Below are positions 18,848 to 29,992 of a DNA stretch of 64,000 nt, piece by piece. Source of the stretch: Capsulimonadales bacterium (GTDB lineage: Bacteria > Armatimonadota > Armatimonadia > Armatimonadales > Armatimonadaceae). Below the pieces are notes generated by a model, which worked only from the letters and a program-made list of their open reading frames with translations, did no database searches and was not told the origin of the DNA. Location of the stretch: assembly GCA_033762295.1 (NCBI GenBank), contig JANRLW010000075.1:32197-96196 (forward strand), read 5' to 3'. A program made the position numbers and the translations under genes. Position 1 is the stretch's first letter; every line of letters begins with the position of its first letter.

Positions 18848-20920
18848 GTGTCTACCACCCGTCGCAGCCGCCTGGAACGTCTTTTCGGAGCGCAGGGGCC
18901 GCTCCTCCGGCACTGGCCCGGCTTCATCCCCCGACCGCAGCAGATCGCGCTGGCGGAGACGATCACGAACGCCCTCGCCGACGGACGCCCCGCTCTCTGC
19001 GAAGCGGGGACCGGGGTGGGCAAGACGCTGGCCTATCTGGTGCCGCTCGTCCATTATCTGAAACGGGGCGGACGCGCGGTCGTTTCCACCCATACGCTCG
19101 CCCTGCAGGCGCAGCTGGTCGAACGTGATATCCCCAACCTCTGCGCGGCGTTCCCCGAACTCGATATCCGGCCCGCCGTACTGAAAGGCCGGTCGAACTA
19201 TCTCTGTCTGCAGGACCTCGATATCGCGACCGGAGAACTCTGGACGGTCGGCGACGCCCAGTTCACGCAGATCCGACGCTGGGCCAGGGAGAGCGAAACC
19301 GGCGATGTCGCCGAACTGGATTTCTCCTATCCGTACTGGAGCGATATCGCCGCCAACCAGGATACCTGCCGGGGACGGGAGTGCCGGTTCTTCGACCGCT
19401 GCTTCTACTACCGCGCCCGACGCGAGGCCGAGGACGCCAACCTGCTGGTCGTCAATCACGCGCTCTATTTCACCGATCTCCGGCTGCGGCGCGAGATGCC
19501 GGGCATGTCTCACCTGATTCCGGAGCACACGATGGTCGTCTTCGATGAGGCGCATCATGTCGAGGACGCGGCGACCAGGGCGTTCGGTCTGGAATGGGGA
19601 TCACGACGGGTGCCGACGCTTCTCGGACGGGCGCGACGTGTACCGGGGATCGAGCGCGGGACGCTGGATGCGATCGAAACCCTCAATGCCGGCCTGCTCG
19701 CGCCGTTCGCCGGAACCGATCGGCAGGAGGCGTTTATGGAGGAAGCCTTGATCTCCGACAGCGACCGACAGGCGTTCGGGCAGACGCGCGATGAGCTGGC
19801 AGCCTCCCTTCGCGCCCTCTCCCGCGAGTTAACCAGAGCCGCCGATAACGCCGACGCGCCGTCGGACCGGGACCGTGCTCAGGGACTGGCGCGTCTCGCC
19901 TCCCGGACCGCGCTCGAACTCCGGACCGTGACGCGGGCGGAGAAGGGGATGGAGGAGAAGGAGTCCGACGCCGCCGACGAGACCCCTTACTTCCGCTGGT
20001 ACCAAACGCGGAAAAGCCGCAACGGACAGGTATTTTCCACCCTGATCCGGACGCCCCTCGAAATCGGAAAGTACCTGCGCGAAACCCTGCTGAAAACCAC
20101 CCCCCGCTGTATCTTCGTTTCCGCCACCCTGTCGACGGGCGGCGGATTCGATTATCTGAAGCAGCGGCTCGGAATGAACGAGAGCGCGGTCGAACCGTAC
20201 GAGACGTGTCAGGGGTCGCCCTTCGATTTTCGTAGCAACTGCTTGCTGTACGTTCCCCGAACGCTCGGACTGCCGGTCGGAGGGTTTCGCCAGGGCGGCT
20301 CCGACGCCACGGACGACTATCATCGCCGCCTCCTCGATGAAGTCGAGCGATTGATCCGGGCCGCGCGCGGGCGGACCTTCGTGCTGTTCACCTCCCATCG
20401 GGTCCTGCGGTTAGCGGAGGAGCGACTGCGAGAGTCCTGCCCCTACCCGTTGTTCGTCCAGGGAGAAATGCCCAATGGCCGGCTGGTCGAAGGATTTATC
20501 GACGCGGGGAACGGGGTCCTTCTCGGAACAAACTCCTTCTGGGAGGGAGTGGATGTTTCCGGACCGGCGCTCTCCTGTGTCGTGATCGATAAACTGCCCT
20601 TCCCGACACCCGACACGCCGCTGCAGCGGGCGCGCGAGCAGGCGATCAAGGAGCGAGGGGGCGATACCTTTCGCGAGTGGTCCCTGCCGCAGACCCAGAT
20701 CCGTCTGAAGCAGGGGTTCGGGCGGCTCCTGCGCACGGTGACCGATCGCGGAGTGGTGGCGATTCTGGATGAGCGTCTTCGGACGAAGGGGTACGGGCGC
20801 GGCCTGCTGAACGAACTGCCGCCCGCGCCGCGCACCGACGATTTCGCGGAGGTCGAAGCCTTTTTCGCCGTGGCCGAGCGCGCCGAGTCCGTTTCGACGT
20901 CGGAACCGGCGGGCAATTGA
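18848..20920 (+). CDS. dinG: ATP-dependent DNA helicase, DinG/YoaA family with Fe-S cluster
   Basis: EAGTGVGKT Walker A, KGRSNYLC, CRGRECRFFDRC, DEAH, SPFDF, VLFTS, FWEGVD, QGFGRLLR. Confidence 0.93.
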   Translation: MSTTRRSRLERLFGAQGPLLRHWPGFIPRPQQIALAETITNALADGRPALCEAGTGVGKTLAYLVPLVHYLKRGGRAVVSTHTLALQAQLVERDIPNLCAAFPELDIRPAVLKGRSNYLCLQDLDIATGELWTVGDAQFTQIRRWARESETGDVAELDFSYPYWSDIAANQDTCRGRECRFFDRCFYYRARREAEDANLLVVNHALYFTDLRLRREMPGMSHLIPEHTMVVFDEAHHVEDAATRAFGLEWGSRRVPTLLGRARRVPGIERGTLDAIETLNAGLLAPFAGTDRQEAFMEEALISDSDRQAFGQTRDELAASLRALSRELTRAADNADAPSDRDRAQGLARLASRTALELRTVTRAEKGMEEKESDAADETPYFRWYQTRKSRNGQVFSTLIRTPLEIGKYLRETLLKTTPRCIFVSATLSTGGGFDYLKQRLGMNESAVEPYETCQGSPFDFRSNCLLYVPRTLGLPVGGFRQGGSDATDDYHRRLLDEVERLIRAARGRTFVLFTSHRVLRLAEERLRESCPYPLFVQGEMPNGRLVEGFIDAGNGVLLGTNSFWEGVDVSGPALSCVVIDKLPFPTPDTPLQRAREQAIKERGGDTFREWSLPQTQIRLKQGFGRLLRTVTDRGVVAILDERLRTKGYGRGLLNELPPAPRTDDFAEVEAFFAVAERAESVSTSEPAGN

Positions 20921-21015
20921 TTTTCGCGAGGAGCGAGCAACAATCCCGGTGCCGTGTGGTTAAATAGGGGAAAATCGGACGTCGGGCGCGTCTCTACGGT
21001 TACGCCTGAACGAAT

Positions 21016-21408
21016 ATGCATATCGGAGTGGTAACGCTGCGTTTGGAAATCGACTCCGCTGACTCACTGAAGGACAAACGGCAGGTCGTGCGCAGCCTGC
21101 TGCAGCATCTTCGCAACAAATTCAATGTTTCCGCCTCCGAGGTGGACGATCTGGGACTGTGGCGGCGGGCGACCGTCGGCGTCGCCATTGTCACCAATGA
21201 CGCGCGGTTCGCCAATCAGGTGTTATCGCAGGCCGTCAACCATGTGGAGTCGGACCCGCGCGTGGCTCTGGAAGACTACGCCCTGGAAATCCTTCCTTTT
21301 GTTCCGAGCGGAGACCCGGAAGAAGGGATGCAAGCGATCGGCGACGAACCGGACGACCGGGAGCAAACGGAGTTCCGTCAATGGTTTTTGACGCCGCCGA
21401 CGGATTGA
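21016..21408 (+). CDS. DUF503 (YlxP-like) protein with acidic tail
   Basis: SLKDKRQVVRSL...RNKFNVSASEVDD.GLWRRATVGVAIV. Confidence 0.88.
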   Translation: MHIGVVTLRLEIDSADSLKDKRQVVRSLLQHLRNKFNVSASEVDDLGLWRRATVGVAIVTNDARFANQVLSQAVNHVESDPRVALEDYALEILPFVPSGDPEEGMQAIGDEPDDREQTEFRQWFLTPPTD

Positions 21409-22179
21409 TGTCGACTAAAGATTGATTTCGGAAACGCAGATAATAGCCAAAGGGGAATAGGAAATGATACCGGGTGCGCCCGCCTGGCGCGGGTAAAATA
21501 ACTCGGTGATCCTGTCCGTATACTGGCATGACGATTCCGGAAATTCTTGGTGAGGTCGCGGGCCTTCCCGTGCTGACGGTAGCGGAGACGACGGGTGCCT
21601 CCACGGACACCCTTGTTTCGCCTCTGACCGTTCTGTCGAAGCAGGGCCGCCTTCTCTTGCGACTCTCCGCCGCGCTCGATACCCTGGAAACTCGTGTCGG
21701 CGAGCTCCGGGCGCAGCAGGAGGCGGAACGTCAGGAGCGAGAGCGGCTGTTGCGGATCGCCGATCAGTGGCATACCGCCGAACGTCGCTTGCGACAGGAG
21801 TCGGAGGAGCGGTTCGAGAAAACCGTTCTGGAAGCGATCCACTTTCTCGATTCGCTGGAGTGGGCGGCGGACGCGCTGGCGGCCAAACGGCATGCGCTGG
21901 CGAAGGAGGTGGCCCTCGCGCGCAAGGATGGCGTTCAGCGTCTGGCATCTCTGGGAGTCACCGAAGTGCCTGCGGTCGGTCCGGCCGACGGGCGTCTGCA
22001 TGAAGGAGTGGACACGGTTTCGACGAACACCGTGCCCCCCTATCATATTGTGAAAGTCATCCGGTGCGGATGGCAGGCCGGCGAAAAGGTGCTGCGTCGT
22101 GCGGCGGTCCTCACGGCCGTTCCCCTGACGGCAGGGAAGAATGGAGCGGAGGCCGACTCCGCCACCACGGAAGAAACAA

Positions 22180-23979
<1,800 letters not shown>

Positions 23980-23999
23980 GGAAGAGGAGGAAGAGGTTC

Positions 24000-24521
24000 A
24001 TGGAGAATCGCCAGGATCGCCCGTCGGAAGCCGTGCTGGAAATACCGATCCCGGAGGCCTGCCCCGTGTGCGGCGTCGCCTGGGCGGAAGGCGTTTGCGC
24101 CCGGTGCGGGCTGACGCGCGAGGACATCGTCGGTCTGTTGCGGCGGGGCTGTGATGCCTATGTTGCGGCGCGGACCGCGGCCCGACAGGGCGATTTTGCC
24201 GGCGCACGACGTCTGCTGCACGAGGTGCGTCGCTCCGGCATCCCCGCCCTCTCGGAACATCCCGCCGTCCTCCGTCTCGCCGAACTCTGTGCCGATCCTT
24301 TCCTGGTCCCGGACGATGACATGCCGGCAAAAGGTGATTCCGTTATCCCGGCGGCCACGGCAACGCCCGCCGGGGAATCCGGCGGTCTTCCGGCCTGGCT
24401 GACCCCGTTCGCCGTCGGAGGCAGCCTTTTCGGATTGGCGGCGTTCGTCATGGCGTTCTTCGCCCTGCTGCTGTCCGTCGTCGCTCTCGTACTCGCTCTG
24501 ATCGCCTTGCTTCGCTCCTGA
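24000..24521 (+). CDS. Zn-ribbon + TPR-like helices + C-terminal membrane anchor protein
   Basis: CPVC...CARC; AARQGDFAGARRLL helix pair; hydrophobic C-terminal ~35 aa; GAGG RBS. Confidence 0.75.
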   Translation: MENRQDRPSEAVLEIPIPEACPVCGVAWAEGVCARCGLTREDIVGLLRRGCDAYVAARTAARQGDFAGARRLLHEVRRSGIPALSEHPAVLRLAELCADPFLVPDDDMPAKGDSVIPAATATPAGESGGLPAWLTPFAVGGSLFGLAAFVMAFFALLLSVVALVLALIALLRS

Positions 24522-24712
24522 AAAAACACAGCCCGTTTCTCAGTACATCAGGAATTTACCGGGAATACTGAAGAACCGGGAGCGTTTCGACCGATACTTC
24601 AAATAGCACTTCCTGGAAATGTTTCTTCGTCGAACCGTTCCGTGGGCGAACGATACCGAAGAACCGGTCCGGGAGCCTCGCGTTTCCGCGGAAAGATAAC
24701 ACTCTTACCGAT

Positions 24713-26083
24713 ATGTCAGCAGAAGAATCGGAAAACAAAGAAATGGTAAGTGCAGCCACATCCAATACACTGTTGGGCGGTATCTCGTCGGGCGAAAGGG
24801 AAACGCTATACGATGCACTCGGCGTCGCGGAAAACGCGACGATCGATGAGATCAAACAGGCCTACTACCGTTTGATACGGCAGTACCGACCGAATGACAA
24901 TCCGGAACGGTTTCAGAAGTTCAATGAGGCCAGCCGAACGCTCACCGATGCGCGTCGCCGGGGAGAGTACGACCAGCATCGTCGGGTCGGTCGCCGAATC
25001 CAAACGCTTTTGGATCAGGCCGCCTTCTCGCTGGACAGCGATGCTCAGAAGGCGATTCAGCTCCTGAAAACGGCGATCGCCCTCGCGCCGGATATGCAGC
25101 GGCCGCGCTACCTGCTCGCCCATGTCCTGATGAAGGTGGAGGAGTATGAGCAGGCGGAAAAGCAGTACCGCTGGCTGCTCAAGGCCAATCCTCGCGATGA
25201 AACCCTCTACTATCGCATTGCTCGCTGCCAGTTCTATCAGGAACAGTACGGCATGGCACGCAAGACCGTGGGACGCGCCTTCGCGCTGAATCCGCGGTAC
25301 TACGATGCCTGGGTTCTTCTGGCGAGAATCGAGGAGAAGGTCGGCGACATCGAACGCGCGGTCTCCCTGCTCGAACGGGCGATCTCCAACGACAATGTCG
25401 AGAGCTTTGCCGACCTGGAAGCGATGATCCGACTGCTCTCGCTCGTCCATCGACAGAAGGATTCCACGCTTCAGGACGCGACCTTCGTTCGCCTGAAAGC
25501 GATCCTGCCGGAAGGAGACGTCGAAAAAGCGGGTCGCGCCGTTCGATCCTGTATTCGCCGCGCCATCGAACTGCAACAGGAAGGCAACGTTCACGCCGCC
25601 CGAAGTCTCCTGCGATATGCCGGGCGGATCAATGAGGCCGATCCGCAGGCGCTTAGAGAGGCCGCCCACCTCCAGCGAGAGATCGAACGGAACGAGGAAG
25701 TGCCCGAACTGCTGAAGGATAGCCAGGTTCCCGTGCCGTTGCGGGAAATTCTGCTCACGCACCATACCCACGTAATGACCGAGGATCAGAAGACAGGCTG
25801 GCGGGAAGCGGTGGTGGATAACCTTCTGAAGATGTTTTCGGCGGACCTGAACGGCCTGCAGCGAACGGCGCTCTATGCGCGGATCAAGTATCCGCGGATC
25901 GCTCAGGAAAACGGGATCTTGCTCGATCTGCTCGAACAGCGGATCGATCGGCAGATGAGCGGAATGTTGCAGGCGGCACGTCTCGGCAATAAACTCGATA
26001 CCCTCCCCGGCGCGACACCCGTCGTCGAGGAGGAGAAGCCGGCCCGAAAAGGAATCCTCGATATTTTCCGTCGGAAAGCCTGA
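24713..26083 (+). CDS. Atypical J-domain (RPN in place of HPD) + TPR repeat protein
   Basis: LYDALGV...EIKQAYYRLIRQYRPND..RFQKFNEA..LTDARRRGEYD; TPRs (AIALAPD, LKANPRD, AFALNPRY). Confidence 0.88.
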   Translation: MSAEESENKEMVSAATSNTLLGGISSGERETLYDALGVAENATIDEIKQAYYRLIRQYRPNDNPERFQKFNEASRTLTDARRRGEYDQHRRVGRRIQTLLDQAAFSLDSDAQKAIQLLKTAIALAPDMQRPRYLLAHVLMKVEEYEQAEKQYRWLLKANPRDETLYYRIARCQFYQEQYGMARKTVGRAFALNPRYYDAWVLLARIEEKVGDIERAVSLLERAISNDNVESFADLEAMIRLLSLVHRQKDSTLQDATFVRLKAILPEGDVEKAGRAVRSCIRRAIELQQEGNVHAARSLLRYAGRINEADPQALREAAHLQREIERNEEVPELLKDSQVPVPLREILLTHHTHVMTEDQKTGWREAVVDNLLKMFSADLNGLQRTALYARIKYPRIAQENGILLDLLEQRIDRQMSGMLQAARLGNKLDTLPGATPVVEEEKPARKGILDIFRRKA

Positions 26084-26106
26084 CGGTAAAACGGTCCGTG
26101 ACTGCC

Positions 26107-27288
26107 TCAGTGAGGGGAGCGACGGGCCGTTTTTTCCGCCGGGCGAGTGGTGGCGAACGCCCGGATGCGTGAACGGTTCTCCTCCGAGACCGTCAGATGA
26201 AACGGACGGAACTCCGGCATCTCCTCCAGACCACGCGCCAGCAACGGAACGGCATCGGTGACAATATCCATCTCCCATTGCGCGGTGCCGGCAACAAAGG
26301 AACGGCGCGTGACCTTACGAACCCCGGCGAACCGCTCCAGAGCGTCCTCCAGCTTCCCCGCCTGCGCCGCGCTGCGCAAATGGGTGACCACCAGAGTCAT
26401 CGGCTGGGAAAGGGCGGCCGGAAGCACCATCAGCGAATCGATCAGCCGTGGAGCGATCACCCCGATCGCCGTTCGAGCCGTCTCCCCGCGCGCGGTGTGG
26501 GCATTGATGTGATTGGCGGTATCCTCGGCGGCGAACGCGGCAACGATCTCCCCGGTACCTACCCGAACGGCCTGGACGGAAACTTCTCCCTCAATGGAAT
26601 ACATCGTCATCGGACCGGCCGCCGTATCGAGCGGCGTCTCATGCGTCGTCGTGAAGCGCGGTCGAATGCGGACGAGGATATCCGCGTTTTCCGACTGATC
26701 CACCACGACGAATCCCGCCTCGGCCAGACGGTGGCGAAGTTCCTCCGTGGCGATCGGCTCCTTTTGAAGCGGCTTTCCCGCCGAATCCGCCGTCTCGACC
26801 GAGAGGCGGAAATCGCGCGTCAGCTTCAACGCTTTCAATTCGCGAGCAAGCGGCTTCAATGTCACCAGGGCGCGGACGGTGACCGTCACCTCCTCCGGGC
26901 CGATCTTTTCACGGACCACCTCTTTCAAAGTGGCGAACCCATCGGCGCGGGTCAATACCTGATCCCGCACGAGCGAATAGTTCCGGGTCAGGGATTGGGC
27001 CGAGACGAAAACGCCCAGCGCCTTCTCCACCGCATGGCGCAACGCCTGGGCTTCCGCCGCACGCCGCGCGCCCGGCACCCCGCCGACACCGATGGCGGCC
27101 GTACCTTCCGCCACCACCTCGCGAATCTCCTGCGGCGTCACCGTCGACCGCACCGTCGCCCGCCTCGATAGCGCCGCTTCGTCCGCCGGTCGTTCCGGCG
27201 ACCTCCCCGCCTGTGCGAATGCGGACGAGACCGGAGAGGCAAAAAAGGCTGCCAGAATCAACACGATCGGACCATGGGGGAAATTCAT
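26107..27288 (-). CDS. Secreted protein with FlgT N-terminal-like domain
   Basis: Signal peptide (AFA|Q); VVAEGTAAI...ARRAAEAQALRHAVEKALGVFVSAQS...VTVTVRALV; ATGA overlap with upstream gene. Confidence 0.7.
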   Translation of the reverse strand: MNFPHGPIVLILAAFFASPVSSAFAQAGRSPERPADEAALSRRATVRSTVTPQEIREVVAEGTAAIGVGGVPGARRAAEAQALRHAVEKALGVFVSAQSLTRNYSLVRDQVLTRADGFATLKEVVREKIGPEEVTVTVRALVTLKPLARELKALKLTRDFRLSVETADSAGKPLQKEPIATEELRHRLAEAGFVVVDQSENADILVRIRPRFTTTHETPLDTAAGPMTMYSIEGEVSVQAVRVGTGEIVAAFAAEDTANHINAHTARGETARTAIGVIAPRLIDSLMVLPAALSQPMTLVVTHLRSAAQAGKLEDALERFAGVRKVTRRSFVAGTAQWEMDIVTDAVPLLARGLEEMPEFRPFHLTVSEENRSRIRAFATTRPAEKTARRSPH

Positions 27289-27737
27289 CGATTTCGACCT
27301 TTCCTCAGAAGCCTGCCGAAAGGAAGCGACGGCAGGGAGAAGAGCGCCTCCCGCCACCAGCGTCCCGCCACCAGCCAGAAAACCGCCTGCACGAGAAGGA
27401 GAACCGCTTTGTAGGAAAAGTCCACCCACCCGGCAGTCCACCAGCGCTCCAGGTTTTGCAGCCCGGCAAGGAGGCTGACGGTGAACAGGCCGAGCGTCAG
27501 AAGATGAAAGATCCGCTTCCCTCCACCGGGCAAACGGTAGGGAGCCAGCATCCGCGTACGCTGCGTACGGTCCTGCCAGAGCAGGAGGCCGACCATCGCC
27601 ACAAAGAGGAGCGCCGTCAGCCAGACGAACGTCATTTCCCATCCGTGTCCGAAGTAGAGAGCCGCGCCCGCTCCGTACAGGGCGCGATCCAGGCAAATGT
27701 ATAGCATCAGTGCCGCGGGGCCAAGAAAACGGGGCAT
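27285..27737 (-). CDS. Small hypothetical membrane protein (about 4 TM)
   Basis: Hydrophobic 150 aa; GGAAGG-type RBS; stop overlaps downstream start. Confidence 0.65.
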   Translation of the reverse strand: MPRFLGPAALMLYICLDRALYGAGAALYFGHGWEMTFVWLTALLFVAMVGLLLWQDRTQRTRMLAPYRLPGGGKRIFHLLTLGLFTVSLLAGLQNLERWWTAGWVDFSYKAVLLLVQAVFWLVAGRWWREALFSLPSLPFGRLLRKGRNR

Positions 27738-27794
27738 CGCACTCTCTTTCCTTCCTGGAACCGTCGTTATTCGACCATGCATTCGCCCGGGACA

Positions 27795-29876
27795 CTAATC
27801 CGACGACCGGGTGACGACCTGACCGGCGGAGAGTCGAGCCTGTAGCGCGACTCCGATATCCGGGTCGATCCGGGCGTCACAGGTGCGCGGACGCACTCGT
27901 GTCACGGTGGCGCGGACCTGGACGGTATCCGTGACCGAGATCAGCAGGGAATCGCCCTGACGCACTCCGTCCGTCGCGCCCAGTCCGACCAGAGCGCAGT
28001 CTCCGTCGATGTCGAGGACACGTCCCGAGATGCCGGGCGAAGCGGACGAGGCATCCGCCGTCGGCGCAACGACCGGGAGAGAACCCGCCGGTAGGAGAGC
28101 GGTTCCGCGCAGGGCAAGCAGACCCCCGGACAGGGCGGTATCGGCGGCGCGGTTGATCAGATCCGGCGAGACCTCCGACGTCGGTTTGGGCAGGTCTTCC
28201 GCCGTCGGGCGACTGTCCTCACCGATCGTGGTCAGGCTGCGCATCCCCTCCGGCGTTTCGCCCGACTCGGTCGTGGAGAACGGTGTCTCCCAGAGAACCA
28301 GACCGTCGGCCAGATCGACCAGACGCAGACTCCCCGACACGGTTACCGTACTTTTCGCGGTCGTATATTGTTCCCAGGTAATCGGACGCGTCCGGCGTTC
28401 CTCCTGATACCGGGCGACCTGCTGTTGCCATTGCGGAACGATCTCTCGCTGGTAACGCCGAATCTCCCGTTGATACTCCTCATCGTTTTTCGTCCCGACG
28501 ACCTTCGCGAGCAGCGGCTCGGCCACCGAGCGAACATTGTCGTTACGGATATTGAGATCGAATCGGAGGCGGGACGGACGGCTCGGACAGGCCGGCGCGG
28601 CGGCCATCCAGGGGGTGACCCGTTTGAATTTGGTCGCGTACTCGGTACGGCCCGTGGTGTCCGTGATTTCGATGAGCAGGAGGGCATCGGCAGCCGCCAT
28701 CTGACGGACCCGCGCACGATCCTTCGCCCGGGTGATGCCGGCCTGATCGAGGGCGATTTCGGAAAGCACCTCCGATAAACCCGACCGCTCCAGAACCTCG
28801 AACGTATTCAACAGACGCAACTCGGTGGCCGCGCGGCTGGCGAGACGGCGACGCAGCGCCTCCTCTCCGGGGCCGCTTTTCACTCCGACGACGGCCACGC
28901 GTCGAACGGACCGGAGGTCCCGTGCCGAGTTCAATACCGTCATCGCCTCCGGAAGGGCGAGCGGGTCCGGATGCTGCCGCAGGACGCCGGTCAACTGGTC
29001 GGCCGTCGGCGCGGAAATGACCACGCGGACGCGTCCGCCCGGCTTGCGCTCCCGCCAGGACACCGTATCCCCCGGCGCGATCGTCCGGCCTGCCGTCAGA
29101 GCCGTCAGCGTCTCCCGGAAACCCTCCGGAGTCGGTGCGCTCCGATCGAGCAGGATCAACTCGTCCATTTCGGCGCACCGGGCGGTCACCTTCGGGTACT
29201 CCCCGGCGGCGACGAAATGTGAACGACGGACGTCCGGGGCGGTCGAACCCATCACGATCCGAACGAACGGCGTCGCCGCCGCGTGGGCTTCGGGCGACGA
29301 CGGAACCACCGCCAGGGAACGAACATTCCGCTTCCGGAACCCGCGAGGCGGTTCGGTCAGACGGCGAAAATCCAGAATCGCCTGTTTGAGCCAGACCGCA
29401 TCCGGGGCGGACAGAATCACCTCATAGGTCGGCCCGGAAGAGTAGACGACGCGCGTCACCTCTTGATAGTTGTCGTCCCGTTCCGCCGTGCAGCGTTCCG
29501 GGAAGCGAACCCCGTCGGGCAACCGCTGACGATTGATCAGGTAGACCGCAGAGACAAACCGACGAAGATCGCTCGGAAGTTTGTCCCACTCCTCGGGCGT
29601 GACAATCCGCCGTTCACGATGCTGGCAGCCCTGCAACAGCAGATCGGCGAGAGCTGGGTCCTCATTGGTGATGACATACACCCGGCTCTTTCGAAAGATA
29701 TTCAGGATGTCGCCTTCCCGCTTCGGCGCGGCCTGCGCGGCGGATGGCGGAATGATCAGCGGTGAGATAAATGGCAGAACGCTACCCGGCAAAAGTGCGG
29801 GAAGCGTTGCGACCGCCGCCAGGAATCCGCCTGGGCGTCGCCCGCGGAACCTCGTTGAAGAATCCCCTTGTCCCAT
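27795..29876 (-). CDS. Secreted multidomain protein with CsgG/HfaB-like domain and FlgT C-terminal-like domain
   Basis: RVAVVG...FEVLERSGLSEVLSEIAL...ADALLLIEI...LRLVDLADGLVLW; C-terminal GRVLDIDG..LVGLGATDGVRQGD. Confidence 0.72.
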   Translation of the reverse strand: MGQGDSSTRFRGRRPGGFLAAVATLPALLPGSVLPFISPLIIPPSAAQAAPKREGDILNIFRKSRVYVITNEDPALADLLLQGCQHRERRIVTPEEWDKLPSDLRRFVSAVYLINRQRLPDGVRFPERCTAERDDNYQEVTRVVYSSGPTYEVILSAPDAVWLKQAILDFRRLTEPPRGFRKRNVRSLAVVPSSPEAHAAATPFVRIVMGSTAPDVRRSHFVAAGEYPKVTARCAEMDELILLDRSAPTPEGFRETLTALTAGRTIAPGDTVSWRERKPGGRVRVVISAPTADQLTGVLRQHPDPLALPEAMTVLNSARDLRSVRRVAVVGVKSGPGEEALRRRLASRAATELRLLNTFEVLERSGLSEVLSEIALDQAGITRAKDRARVRQMAAADALLLIEITDTTGRTEYATKFKRVTPWMAAAPACPSRPSRLRFDLNIRNDNVRSVAEPLLAKVVGTKNDEEYQREIRRYQREIVPQWQQQVARYQEERRTRPITWEQYTTAKSTVTVSGSLRLVDLADGLVLWETPFSTTESGETPEGMRSLTTIGEDSRPTAEDLPKPTSEVSPDLINRAADTALSGGLLALRGTALLPAGSLPVVAPTADASSASPGISGRVLDIDGDCALVGLGATDGVRQGDSLLISVTDTVQVRATVTRVRPRTCDARIDPDIGVALQARLSAGQVVTRSSD

Positions 29877-29888
29877 GGCCTGAGTATA
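29877..29888 (-). promoter_or_regulatory. -10 box TATACT 6 nt upstream of ATG (leaderless)
   Basis: Minus strand TATACT-caggcc-ATG. Confidence 0.6.
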
Positions 29889-29992
29889 CCTTCCGGAACA
29901 TGATCTGCCGGGAGATGTAGGGCTCCCGGCAGAAAAACCTGCAAAACTTTGGGGAGTCGCCCGTCCGGCGACCGTCTATCGGTAATCGTGCA

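Noticed and set aside
18848..20920. DinG as a type IV CRISPR (CasDinG) component
   Set aside because: No cas genes or repeat-spacer array in the window; the Fe-S-type DinG/YoaA looks housekeeping
24604..24610. TAGCACT as a CIRCE element near the chaperone genes
   Set aside because: Only a half-site; no GAGTGCTAA partner at 9-nt spacing
26107..27795. 562-aa ORF as annotated; also the extended forms 38477-40699, 16620-17957, 58651-60135, 32225-33052 and 13979-14536
   Set aside because: N-terminal extensions overlap other real genes or repeats; downstream starts have an RBS, signal peptide or coupling and were used instead
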